Positions 48,950 through 58,480 of a stretch of DNA of 64,000 nt are shown piece by piece. The stretch is from positions 7,262 through 71,261 of the forward strand of contig MWEZ01000001.1 in the NCBI GenBank assembly GCA_002071335.1, given 5' to 3'. Made by a program: the position numbers and the translations under genes. The notes below the pieces were generated by a model, which was not told the origin of the DNA, did no database searches, and saw nothing but the letters and a program-made list of their open reading frames with translations. The number at the start of each line of letters is the position of its first letter. The stretch's first letter is position 1. This DNA is from Verrucomicrobia bacterium ADurb.Bin018 (GTDB taxonomy: Bacteria; Verrucomicrobiota; Kiritimatiellia; CAIQIC01; Lenti-01).

Positions 48950-51094
48950 TTAGCGATGGAGGAATTTCTCCAGCAGCGGCGTGGTCTTGACCAGCATCGG
49001 CGCAATCACCAACGCCACCACGCTCATCAGCTTCATCAGGATGTTCAGCGACGGCCCGGCGGTGTCCTTGAAGGGGTCACCCACGGTGTCGCCCACCACG
49101 GCCGCCTTGTGCGCCGGGCTGCCCTTGCCGCCATGTGAACCGCCTTCGATGTGCTTCTTGGCGTTATCCCACGAGCCACCCGCGTTGGCCATGAACAGGG
49201 CCATCATCACGCCCGACACCGTCACGCCCGCCAGCAACCCGCCGAGCATCTTGGTGCCGAACACAAAGCCGATGATTACCGGCGTCAACACGCCCAACAG
49301 CGCCGGCACCGTCATCTTCTTGATGGCGGCGGCGGTGGAAATATCCACGCAACGCGCGTAGTCGGCGCGCGCACCTTCCTTGCCTTCCAGCAGGCCGGGG
49401 ATCTCCTTGAACTGGCGGCGGACTTCTTCCACCATGGCAAACGCGGCCTGACCCACCGCTTGCATGGCGAACGCGGAGAACAGGAACGGCATCATCGCGC
49501 CGATCAACAGGCCGGCGGTCACGTTCGGATCCATCACGTCAATCTTGTCGAGCTTGACGGTCTGGCCGAAAGCCGCAAACAACGCGAGGGCCGTCAGCGC
49601 AGCGGAACCGATGGCAAAACCCTTGCCGATGGCCGCGGTCGTGTTGCCGCAGGCATCCAGCTTGTCGGTACGCTGGCGCACTTCCTTTTCGAGGTGCGCC
49701 ATTTCGGCGAGGCCGCCCGCGTTATCCGCGATGGGCCCATAAGCATCCACCGCCAGTTGAATCCCGGTGGTGGCCAGCATGCCGAGGCCGGCGATGGCGA
49801 TGCCGTAGAGGCCCGCCGTCATGTAGGAAATCATGGTGGCCGCCGCCAGCACAATCACCGGCAGCGCGGTGGACATCATGCCGTTGCCGAGGCCGGCGAT
49901 GATATTGGTCGCCGCGCCGGTGGAGGAAGCATCCGCAATGCGGTTCGAGGGGCCCTTGCCTTCCGCGGTGTAGTATTCCGACAGGAAGCCAATCGCCACG
50001 CCCGAAGCCAAACCGGCCAGCGTGGCCCAAAAAATGCCATTGGCGTTGTACACCTTGGCCGCCATGCCCGGTAGCGCGGCCACGCTAAAGGCCGACGGCG
50101 CAAACTTGGCAATCACCACATACGACGCTGCGGCCGTCAGCACCGCCGCGCTCAGCGAGCCCGCGTTCAGCGCGTTTTGCGGGTTGCCGCCTTCGCGGGT
50201 GCGCACCATGAATGTGCCTAGAATCGAAAACAGAATGCCCACGCCCGCCAACAGCAGCGGCAGCATCACCAGATTCATTTCCGAACCCTTGGCGCCCGCC
50301 GGAATGGAGGACACCGCCGCCAGCACCATGGCCGCCACGATGGCACCCACATAGGACTCGAACAAGTCGGCGCCCATGCCGGCCACATCGCCGACGTTGT
50401 CGCCCACGTTGTCGGCGATCACGGCCGGGTTGCGCGGATCGTCTTCAGGGATGCCCGCTTCGACTTTGCCTACCAAGTCCGCGCCGACATCCGCCGCCTT
50501 GGTATAGATGCCGCCGCCCACGCGCGCGAACAGCGCAATCGAGCTGGCGCCCATCGAGAAGCCGGTCAGAATCGGCAGCACCGTGCCATTGAGCATCTCA
50601 TTTTCGGTGCCAAACATCTTGAAATACACCAGCGTCAGGCCGGTCAGGCCCAGCAGGCCCAGGCCCACCACGCACATTCCCATGACCGAGCCGCCGGCAA
50701 ACGCCACGGCCAAGGCCTCGGGCAGACCCTTGCGGGCCGCGTTCGTGGTGCGCATATTGGCCGCCGTGGCCACGCGCATTCCGAAATAGCCGGACAGCAC
50801 CGAACAAAGCGCGCCGACCACAAACGATAGCGCCACCAGCGACAGATTCTTCTGCCCCGTCACCTTGACGTTCAGGTAGGCCAGCAGGCCCGCCACCACA
50901 ATGACGAAAATGGCCAGCACCTTGTATTCACGCCGCAGAAAAGCCATGGCGCCTTCGCGAACCGCCGCGCCGATTTCCTGCATCCGTGCCGTGCCTGGAT
51001 CTTGTTTGTTGATCCATTGCGTACGCCACCAAGCGAACGCCAACGCCAATACCGCCGAACCCAAAGCCGCAAAAAGAAGTGTGCTTTCGTTCAT
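48950..51094 (-). CDS. hppA: membrane-bound pyrophosphate-energized proton/sodium pump (V-type PPase)
   Basis: 714 aa. Conserved [13 protein letters not shown] and DNVGDNVGD motifs. Confidence 0.9.
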   Translation of the reverse strand: MNESTLLFAALGSAVLALAFAWWRTQWINKQDPGTARMQEIGAAVREGAMAFLRREYKVLAIFVIVVAGLLAYLNVKVTGQKNLSLVALSFVVGALCSVLSGYFGMRVATAANMRTTNAARKGLPEALAVAFAGGSVMGMCVVGLGLLGLTGLTLVYFKMFGTENEMLNGTVLPILTGFSMGASSIALFARVGGGIYTKAADVGADLVGKVEAGIPEDDPRNPAVIADNVGDNVGDVAGMGADLFESYVGAIVAAMVLAAVSSIPAGAKGSEMNLVMLPLLLAGVGILFSILGTFMVRTREGGNPQNALNAGSLSAAVLTAAASYVVIAKFAPSAFSVAALPGMAAKVYNANGIFWATLAGLASGVAIGFLSEYYTAEGKGPSNRIADASSTGAATNIIAGLGNGMMSTALPVIVLAAATMISYMTAGLYGIAIAGLGMLATTGIQLAVDAYGPIADNAGGLAEMAHLEKEVRQRTDKLDACGNTTAAIGKGFAIGSAALTALALFAAFGQTVKLDKIDVMDPNVTAGLLIGAMMPFLFSAFAMQAVGQAAFAMVEEVRRQFKEIPGLLEGKEGARADYARCVDISTAAAIKKMTVPALLGVLTPVIIGFVFGTKMLGGLLAGVTVSGVMMALFMANAGGSWDNAKKHIEGGSHGGKGSPAHKAAVVGDTVGDPFKDTAGPSLNILMKLMSVVALVIAPMLVKTTPLLEKFLHR

Positions 51095-51222
51095 AGTAAA
51101 ACGTTTCTCCTTGTTTCTTTTCTAACTATCGAACGTCGGGAGCCTAGGGGATTCACCGCCCCCTGTCAAACATGAACCCGCCAAAATCGCATGATTTCCG
51201 CCCCCCCCCCGCGGGCCCAGAC

Positions 51223-52287
51223 TCAATGGGACAACAGTTCGCCGATGCGCCCCCCGAACAGAATGTCCAGCCCGATCCGCAACGACGGTCGCGGCTCATA
51301 CTGGTCTTCCTTCGGGAACTGAAGCTGCGGAATAATAGTGTAATAGATCCACTTGCGATACAGCGCATCGCGCCAAGCCACATTGATCAACGAGTCATCC
51401 CAATACCAGTCAGAGCTTTCCAGATGGGGGAACACGCTCGCCTGCGCCACCCACCCGCGCCCCCGCCCGCTCCTCAACCACGCAAAGCGCAGGCTTTGCT
51501 CGAACTCCACGCCGTCCATGTTCTCCGCCGACCGCTCACCCAGCCGCACCTGGAAAATCTTGCGCTCGCCGACCTGCCGCGTCCACGTCATGATCGCCTG
51601 CTGGGCAAACCCATCATCGGTGTAGTACACCACGCGGGGCGTAAAAGCGTACACCGCGTCGCCCACCGGCCGCGCGTAGCGCCAATCCACTCCCGCATAA
51701 GCCACCGGATGCGAGCGCCGCCAGCGCAAACCGCCATTGGCGGATAGCTCGCTGTTCTTCAGGGTCTTGAGCATCGCGCGAATCCCCAGCCGCGTATTGG
51801 AGTCTTGTTGCATGGGGTCTTTACCGGGCAGCGATTCGCGCCCCACGTTGTCCAGAAATACGTGCAGCCGGTGGGACAACGCCGGCAATGCGAAATCGCC
51901 GCGGAAGCGGACCTTGATGTCAAATTCCTTTTCGCTGCTGCGCCCGCCCACGCGCGTCATCGTGGAAAGCCGGAAGGTGGAAAGCTCCGGATCATAGGCC
52001 CGCTTTTCGCCCAGCCAAGCCATGTCCACCCAGCGCACGCGGTTGTCCAGCCAGCGGAATAGCCGGCCATGCTGCCGGTCCAGCCACGAGGTCACGTTGT
52101 TCTCGCGGGTGATTACGGCATGCTCGTGGCTGGATTGCTCCTCCAGTTCCAAGCCCTGCAAATAGTAAATTTCTTCGAGGTTCAACCGCAGGATGCGCGA
52201 CCGTTCCGGCTTTGCTATTGCGGGGGGTGTGGTATCGGCGATTTCCTCCGCGCGCGCTGCAACAGCCAGCAGGCAAAGCAGACCCAT
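51223..52287 (-). CDS. hypothetical secreted protein
   Basis: Signal peptide MGLLCLLAVAARA. 354 aa. Start trimmed. Confidence 0.4.
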   Translation of the reverse strand: MGLLCLLAVAARAEEIADTTPPAIAKPERSRILRLNLEEIYYLQGLELEEQSSHEHAVITRENNVTSWLDRQHGRLFRWLDNRVRWVDMAWLGEKRAYDPELSTFRLSTMTRVGGRSSEKEFDIKVRFRGDFALPALSHRLHVFLDNVGRESLPGKDPMQQDSNTRLGIRAMLKTLKNSELSANGGLRWRRSHPVAYAGVDWRYARPVGDAVYAFTPRVVYYTDDGFAQQAIMTWTRQVGERKIFQVRLGERSAENMDGVEFEQSLRFAWLRSGRGRGWVAQASVFPHLESSDWYWDDSLINVAWRDALYRKWIYYTIIPQLQFPKEDQYEPRPSLRIGLDILFGGRIGELLSH

Positions 52288-52322
52288 CACCGCTCCCCGG
52301 CGGCGCCAACAACTGACCCGGT

Positions 52323-53693
52323 TCACGGCATCACCTGCCGCGCGCGGCAATCATAGACATCGGTGTGCACAATTTGGGCCGTCACAAAATCACCGGCCTG
52401 CAACCCGCGCCGGCTTCCAACCAACGTGGTGTGGCCATCCACCTCCGGCGCCTGCCATGGTGTACGCCCGCGCCAGCCGCGTTTGATTTTTTCCTCCAGT
52501 AGCAGGCGCGTTTCCCGTCCCAGCCGCGCCCGCAGGCGTCGGGCGGAAACCGCGGCCTGCGCGGTTAGCAAAGCTGCGCGGCGTTCTTCGGCTACCTCCG
52601 GCGGCACGCGCTCGCGCATGGCCGTGGAGGCGGTGCCCGGTTCCGGCGACCAGCAAAATACGCCCACATGATCAAAATGCCCCTGCTCCACAAACTCCAG
52701 CAGCTCGCAAAACTCGGCATCGCCTTCGCCCGGATGGCCGACAATGAACGTGGTCCGCAGCGCCGCGTTGGGCAGCGCGTGGCCGATCATCCGCAACACA
52801 TCATCCACGCGCCCGCGGTCATAACCACGCGCCATCCGTCGCAACATCCGGTCATGGACGTGCTGCAACGGTAAATCCAAATAAGGGCACACCCGCGCGT
52901 CGCCGGCCATCACCGCGAGAACCTCCGCCGAGAGATGCTTGGGGTGCGCATACAGAATGCGGAACCACACATCGTCCGGCATGGCCAGCAGCTCACGCAA
53001 CAGCCGCGCCAGTTGCGGCCGGCCCGCCCAATCCACGCCATAGGCCGTGGTGTCTTGCGCAATCAGGTTCAGTTCCTTCGCGCCGCTGGCCACCAGTTCT
53101 CGCGCCTCTTTCACCACCGCGGCCAATGGCCGGCTGGCCCGCCGGCCGCGGATCAGCGGAATCGAACAATACGCGCAGCAATTCGAGCAACCTTCGCCCA
53201 CCTTCAAGTAAGCCGCGGCCACGGAGCCGATGCGCAGGCGCGGACGATCCAACCACGCCAGATACGTCTTGGGCAACGTGCGCCCGGTGTAACCGCGGGC
53301 GCGCGCTGCTGCTCTCTTCCCCGCCAGCAGGTTGCGGCAAATCTCTGGCAACTTCACATAATCGGCAAAGCCCACCCGCGCGTCTGCTGCCGCCAACCCG
53401 TCTGCCAGCGTCGGCGCCCCCCCCGCCCGCTCCACCATGCACCCCAACGCCACCAGCAGCGGGCGGCGCCGGCGACCGCGCTGCGCTGCCAATTCCGCCA
53501 ACACCCCCGCGGCCTCCTGCCGCGACGCCGCCAAAAATCCGCACGTGTTCACCAGGCAGATGTCGGCCGTCGCCGGATCATCCACCAACTGAAATCCCGC
53601 CAAAACCATGCTGCCGAGAATCCCCTCGGAATCCACTGTATTCTTTGGGCAACCAAGGTTCACCAAACTGAAACGAGGCGCGCGGCTAGCCAT
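52323..53693 (-). CDS. rimO: ribosomal protein S12 methylthiotransferase RimO
   Basis: MTTase N-terminus (VNLGCPKNTVDSE). Radical SAM CSNCCAYC. TRAM domain. Start trimmed to MASRAPRFS. Confidence 0.85.
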   Translation of the reverse strand: MASRAPRFSLVNLGCPKNTVDSEGILGSMVLAGFQLVDDPATADICLVNTCGFLAASRQEAAGVLAELAAQRGRRRRPLLVALGCMVERAGGAPTLADGLAAADARVGFADYVKLPEICRNLLAGKRAAARARGYTGRTLPKTYLAWLDRPRLRIGSVAAAYLKVGEGCSNCCAYCSIPLIRGRRASRPLAAVVKEARELVASGAKELNLIAQDTTAYGVDWAGRPQLARLLRELLAMPDDVWFRILYAHPKHLSAEVLAVMAGDARVCPYLDLPLQHVHDRMLRRMARGYDRGRVDDVLRMIGHALPNAALRTTFIVGHPGEGDAEFCELLEFVEQGHFDHVGVFCWSPEPGTASTAMRERVPPEVAEERRAALLTAQAAVSARRLRARLGRETRLLLEEKIKRGWRGRTPWQAPEVDGHTTLVGSRRGLQAGDFVTAQIVHTDVYDCRARQVMP

Positions 53694-54681
53694 GTTCCGC
53701 TCCCGGCGCTTGATCCCAAATGCCATCCCAGCAGGCCACTTCATGCCCCCCGCCCAACTCGCGCAGTGCCGGCGCGTGCTGCCGGCACACCGCGCGCGCC
53801 AGCGGACAACGCGGCGCAAACCGGCAGCCCGGCGGCGGATTCCGCAGCGACGGCAACTGGCCGGGAATATCTGGCAACCGCTCCGCTCGGCCATGCAAGC
53901 GCGGCATGGCCGCCAACAGCCCCCGCGTGTACGGATGCGCCGACGTCGAAAACAGTTGCTCACGCGTGCCCTTTTCCGCCAGCCGCGCGGCATACATCAC
54001 GTGCACCCGGTCGCACACCTCCCACACCACGCCCATGTCGTGCGTAATCAGCAGCACCGCCGTCTCGCCACCGCGCAACTTCAGCAACAAATCAAAAATC
54101 TGGTCTTGGATCGTCACATCCAGCGCGGTGGTCGGCTCATCCGCAATGATCAACTCCGGCTCCGGCAACATCGTCATCGCCAACATCACCCGCTGGCGCA
54201 TCCCGCCGGAAAGCTGGTGCGGATAATCCTTCATCCGCTGCGCGGCATCCGGCAGGCCCACGCGCTTGAGCCACTCCAGCCCCAGCGCCCACGCCTCCGC
54301 CGCGGATAGCCTGCGGTGCAGCCGCGCGGTTTCCGCCAACTGGTCGCCGATGCGGTGCAATGGCGAGAGCGCCGTCATCGGCTCCTGAAAAATCATCCCG
54401 ATTTTACCGCCACGGATCGTCCGCAATTCTTCGGTGGGCATCGTCAGCAAATCCCGCCCGTGGAACAACGCCTGCCCGCCTTCGATCACCGCCGGCGGGC
54501 GCGGCAGCAGCCGCAGCAATGTCAGCGCCGTCACCGTTTTGCCGCAGCCCGATTCTCCCACCAGCCCCAGCACTTCGCCACGGCGAATCTCAAACGACAC
54601 CCCATCCACGGCCCGCACAAAACCTTCCGGCGTCGCGAACCCCGCACGCAAATCTTTCACTTCTAGGAGACGCTCCGCCAT
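53686..54681 (-). CDS. oligopeptide/dipeptide ABC transporter ATP-binding protein (OppD/DppD-like), no permease partners in the window
   Basis: Walker A GESGCGKT. LSGGMRQR. C-terminal GCRFAPRCP motif. Confidence 0.75.
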   Translation of the reverse strand: MAERLLEVKDLRAGFATPEGFVRAVDGVSFEIRRGEVLGLVGESGCGKTVTALTLLRLLPRPPAVIEGGQALFHGRDLLTMPTEELRTIRGGKIGMIFQEPMTALSPLHRIGDQLAETARLHRRLSAAEAWALGLEWLKRVGLPDAAQRMKDYPHQLSGGMRQRVMLAMTMLPEPELIIADEPTTALDVTIQDQIFDLLLKLRGGETAVLLITHDMGVVWEVCDRVHVMYAARLAEKGTREQLFSTSAHPYTRGLLAAMPRLHGRAERLPDIPGQLPSLRNPPPGCRFAPRCPLARAVCRQHAPALRELGGGHEVACWDGIWDQAPGAEHG

Positions 54682-54883
54682 TTGTCCCGCATCATCCTTG
54701 CCGCCCGCGCCCAACGCAAGCGTTTTGGGATTCTACAACCAAGAAAAGCCCCAAGTCGCCGCTGATGTATTTTTCTACAGCCCGACGGATTTATGAACAA
54801 TCTTTGCAAAACAATTATCTCCTATTTTAACGAAATCCTAATGTTGATTATCTTGCAAAATCAAATTCTTTTGCCCACAACTA

Positions 54884-56800
54884 TTGCATGATTTTGGGCA
54901 TCTCGGCATCTCGGCATCTCGGCATCTCGGCATCTCGGCATCTCGGCATCTCGCAAGCCGTATAGCGCGGCATGTTTCTTTCCTAATCACCTCCCTGCTT
55001 CTTCCAATTTCTTCTCTTGCCGCGACGGCTCTGGATGTCCGCGGCGTCTCGGTCACCTTCTCCCCTCAGGGGGATTCTCTTTCTGAAATTATCCGAACGC
55101 TCCATTCCGCCAAGCGGCGCATAGATGTCGCGCCATTTTTCCTAAGCCATACCAATCTGATCGACACCCTCTGCTTCCTGTCGGCCAAGCAAAAGCTCAA
55201 GGTCCGCTGCTTCATGGACCCCGCCTCCACCGCTCCCGCTGAATGTCATGTTCTGGACCGGCTTGCCCAAAACGGCGTCGAGGTCTACGTGGTCCAAGTG
55301 CCCGACGGCAAAATGCACCTCAAGTGCGCCGTCGTGGACGACGGCGTTGTCATCACCGGAGCAGCCAATTGGACGGTTCGCGGATTCGAAAACAATGTCG
55401 AGGATTCTCTCTTTCTGCAATCCCCGGCCCTTGCTCAAGCCTATCGTGCGCGTATGGATCGTTTGCTGCCAATTTCCGAACTTTATCATGCCCCCCGCCT
55501 TGACGACTCCGAACGCTTCGAGTCCAAGCCCAGCAAGCTTTCCCAAAGTAAACCCCCGACGCTGACATATGCCGCCCCGCGGCTCCAGCGCTTCAGCTCC
55601 GTCCGATCCGCCCGCGTCTTCTTCTCCTCTGATTCCGAACCCGACAACGGATTGTTGGCATCCGAAACCATTCTATCCCGCATTCACGCCGCCCAGAAGC
55701 GGGTGGATGTCGCCATGTATCTGCTGGTTGAACCTACGCTTGTCGAGGCCCTCGCCCAAAAAGCAACCGAGGGCAAAGTGCCCGTTCGCCTGCTTGTCGA
55801 TTCCGGAATGCTCGACTCTTCTTCGCGAACCGTGCTGGAAACACTCGTGGCCGCCGGGGTGCAGGTGAATTGGCTGGGCAACGAGAAGTTCAGTATGCAT
55901 CTTAAGACGCTTGTCCTGGACGAAGCGCAGGTCTGGACCGGCTCCGCCAACTGGTCTCAATCCGCCTTCGCGCACAACATCGAGGATTTGGTTCTCATTG
56001 AGTCCGCCGATCTGGCGCGCGCCTATACCCGGCACTTCGACACCCTCCATGCCGCCGCAACCCCTTTCCAACCCGCTTCTCTTTCGGTTTCAGCACCATC
56101 CAATGCCCCGGCCTCCGCCGAATTCCCCATCGGCTTGCCACCCACCGGTCCCCGCACCAACTGGCCGTCTGGCCTTCAAGACGTCGCCAGCGAAGACCTC
56201 CTTCTTTCCGCCTCCGCCCGCTATCTCGCCGACGAAGAATACCTCCCCGCCTTGCTGGACCTGATCCGAAATGCCCATCAATCGGTCCTTGCCTCCATGT
56301 ATGTCATGGGCGAGCCCCAAAAGGACCAACCCAACCTCAACCAACTCACCGCCGCTCTGGCGCAGGCTGTTCAACGCGGAGTCTATGTCCATCTGGTCCT
56401 CCACATGCCCCTGTCCGAAGCCGTCACCATGAACCAAATCCATCTGGACTGGGCCGAAAATCTCCGCGCCAAAGGCGTGGATGTCCGCTTGCATATCCCC
56501 ACCATCCCCCTGCATGAAAAAGTCGTTGTCGTGGACCTTGCCAAAGTCCTGATCGGCTCCCACAATTGGTCCGAAGGCGCCCTCTCCAGCCAAAAAGTCA
56601 CTGAATCCGGCGTCCTGCTCGTCCTGCCCCAACAGGATCGGCGGCTGGCCGACCATATCCTAAACCGCGAATCCATCCGCGACATGCGCACCCCTGCGCT
56701 TTGGCAGGAGGAGTTGCGCACCCTCCGGCAACTGGGAAACACTTCCGGCAAGGAACGCGACACCCTCCTCGATCAGCTCGAACCGGAGGAAATGCCGTGA
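54884..56800 (+). CDS. secreted phospholipase D/nuclease family protein with three tandem HKD domains
   Basis: HLKCAVVD...GAANWT, HLKTLVLD...GSANWS and HEKVVVVD...GSHNWS. Hydrophobic signal-like segment after the repeat-encoded N-terminus. Only a TTG at 54884 is in frame upstream, so the start is uncertain. Confidence 0.55.
   Translation: MHDFGHLGISASRHLGISASRHLASRIARHVSFLITSLLLPISSLAATALDVRGVSVTFSPQGDSLSEIIRTLHSAKRRIDVAPFFLSHTNLIDTLCFLSAKQKLKVRCFMDPASTAPAECHVLDRLAQNGVEVYVVQVPDGKMHLKCAVVDDGVVITGAANWTVRGFENNVEDSLFLQSPALAQAYRARMDRLLPISELYHAPRLDDSERFESKPSKLSQSKPPTLTYAAPRLQRFSSVRSARVFFSSDSEPDNGLLASETILSRIHAAQKRVDVAMYLLVEPTLVEALAQKATEGKVPVRLLVDSGMLDSSSRTVLETLVAAGVQVNWLGNEKFSMHLKTLVLDEAQVWTGSANWSQSAFAHNIEDLVLIESADLARAYTRHFDTLHAAATPFQPASLSVSAPSNAPASAEFPIGLPPTGPRTNWPSGLQDVASEDLLLSASARYLADEEYLPALLDLIRNAHQSVLASMYVMGEPQKDQPNLNQLTAALAQAVQRGVYVHLVLHMPLSEAVTMNQIHLDWAENLRAKGVDVRLHIPTIPLHEKVVVVDLAKVLIGSHNWSEGALSSQKVTESGVLLVLPQQDRRLADHILNRESIRDMRTPALWQEELRTLRQLGNTSGKERDTLLDQLEPEEMP
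54897..54953. repeat. octanucleotide tandem repeat (CATCTCGG), about 7 copies, inside the 5' end of the triple-HKD PLD gene
   Basis: Read directly. The unit length is not a multiple of 3. The in-frame translation is HLGISASR HLGISASR. Confidence 0.85.
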
Positions 56801-57576
56801 GCCTCCGCTATTCCCTCCTTTCACTCCTCTTGTTGGCTCGGGCGACCTTCGGCCTAGCCCAAACCAACCCTTCCGACCTGATTCTCCTCCGCAACGGACG
56901 CGAGCTTTCCGGTCGCCTCATTCAGGAAACCTCCGCCGGATATGTTCTCATCCCGGCGGGGGCCCCCACCCAAATCCAGCGCATTCCCCGCGAAGCCACT
57001 GCTTACGTCCTCTATGCCGATCCAGCCCAGGCCGCCAAACTCCTCGGCCTCGACTCCGTCGCCCGAAATCTCTCCAAAGCCCCCGCCCCCGCCGAAGTTC
57101 GCCTCCTCGCCGCCGAACCCTTCGGCAAAGCCCTCCTCGAAGCCGCCCGTTCGGCCACTAACTCCATCTGGATTTCCGCCTACTACTTCAGCGACAGCCG
57201 CGCCGCTCCCATCAAAGATTTCTACGCTACCCTCCGCGAAAAAGCCGCTGCCGGCGTCGAGGTTGTCATCCTCGTCGAAAATAGCACCGCCTCGCCGCCC
57301 GCCATGCGCCGCGCCAATGCCAATTTCGCCGCCCAACTCTCCGGCGACGGCATCCAAACCCTCCTCTGGAGCGGCACCAACAAAGCCCTCCATAAAAAAC
57401 TCGTCATCATCGACGGACGAATCCTTTTGCTCGGCAGCTCCAACCTCTCCCTTTCCGGCACCTACGGCAGCATCGAAATGAACATCCTCACCGAGGCCCC
57501 CCACCTCGTTCAACCCGCCATTGCCGACTTCCAGCGCCTCTGCACCCAACTCAAGCAACGACAGGCTGCCCCATGA
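56797..57576 (+). CDS. secreted single-HKD phospholipase D family protein
   Basis: HKKLVIIDGRILLLGSSNLS. Signal peptide. A GTG start overlaps the upstream TGA (GTGA). Confidence 0.55.
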   Translation: MSLRYSLLSLLLLARATFGLAQTNPSDLILLRNGRELSGRLIQETSAGYVLIPAGAPTQIQRIPREATAYVLYADPAQAAKLLGLDSVARNLSKAPAPAEVRLLAAEPFGKALLEAARSATNSIWISAYYFSDSRAAPIKDFYATLREKAAAGVEVVILVENSTASPPAMRRANANFAAQLSGDGIQTLLWSGTNKALHKKLVIIDGRILLLGSSNLSLSGTYGSIEMNILTEAPHLVQPAIADFQRLCTQLKQRQAAP

Positions 57577-58265
57577 CCTCCCTGCGCACAACTGGCTACG
57601 CTTTGTTTACCCTCTTGACTCTGCTCCAACCGCTCTCTGCCGCCCCAAAACTGATCATCAATCCCGAGACGTTCGATTTCGGCGAGGTACCCTCCGGTGA
57701 ATCCGTTCAGGCCACCTTTACCCTCCGCAACGCTGGCGATGAACCCCTCCACATCAACCATGTCCGCACCAGTTGCGGTTGCACCACCTCTCGCCTGGAC
57801 AAACGCGAACTTGCTCCCGGAGAAGAAACCCCGCTAACCGCCACCCTTTCCCTCAGAAACCGCAGCGGCCCCCAACACCAGCGCGTCACCATCGCCTCCA
57901 ACGATCCGGATGCCCCCTCCAGGCAGGCCCACATCCAGGGAACCGCCGTCCAATACCTCACGTTGACCCCCTCCGCCGTCCTACTTTTCTCCGCCCCCCA
58001 AGGGCAATCCATTACCCGAACTCTTTCGCTCCATTCCGAAAATCAGACCCCCTTCCAACTTCTCTCCATCGAGGTCACCCATCCCAATCTTACCGTCGCG
58101 GTCACGCCGGTCTCCCCCAGCTCCTACCGCCTCGCCCTCACCATCCCCGCCACCTGGCCCGCCGGACGCATCAACGAATCCTTACGCATCCACACCGACC
58201 ATCCCCACGCCCCGATGCTGACTTGCTCCATCACCGGAACCCTGCAAACTGGAGACAACCCATGA
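57573..58265 (+). CDS. DUF1573 domain secreted protein
   Basis: FDFGEV...FTLRNAGDEPLHINHVRTSCGCT signature. ATGA overlap with the upstream gene. Confidence 0.65.
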   Translation: MTSLRTTGYALFTLLTLLQPLSAAPKLIINPETFDFGEVPSGESVQATFTLRNAGDEPLHINHVRTSCGCTTSRLDKRELAPGEETPLTATLSLRNRSGPQHQRVTIASNDPDAPSRQAHIQGTAVQYLTLTPSAVLLFSAPQGQSITRTLSLHSENQTPFQLLSIEVTHPNLTVAVTPVSPSSYRLALTIPATWPAGRINESLRIHTDHPHAPMLTCSITGTLQTGDNP

Positions 58266-58480
58266 TCCCGCATCGCCCATGGCCGCTATTATTCCTGACA
58301 CTCGCCCTCTGGACAGGGGCCTCCTCCGCCCAGACTTGGACCACCGTCTGGACGCCCGGCTCCGCCCCCGCCCCCACCCACACGAAGATGGAACAAGAAA
58401 TGGAACCAGAAAAAGACCACAAATCACCGACCAACTGCTATCCCTGCAAGGAGTGGGAAGCCTACGGCGACGGCACCGGC
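58186..58480. repeat. conserved 5' module copy 1 (DUF1573 3' end, ATGA junction, signal peptide, TWTTVWTPGSAPAP...NCYPCKEWEAYGDGTGKWV)
   Basis: Near-identical to 61988-62290 and partly to 63650-63940. GC-rich relative to downstream sequence. Confidence 0.75.

Noticed and set aside
56701-56796. ATG at 56701 as the start of the single-HKD PLD, which would overlap the upstream PLD by 100 nt
   Set aside because: The encoded N-terminus (MAGGVAHPPATGKHFRQGTRHPPRSARTGGNA) is not signal-like and lies inside the upstream gene. The GTG at 56797 gives a clean signal peptide and a GTGA coupling overlap.
57773-58261. 5' portion of the 422-aa ORF 57773..59041
   Set aside because: It is an out-of-frame read-through across the DUF1573 gene. 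The real gene starts at ATG 58262, where the signal peptide begins.
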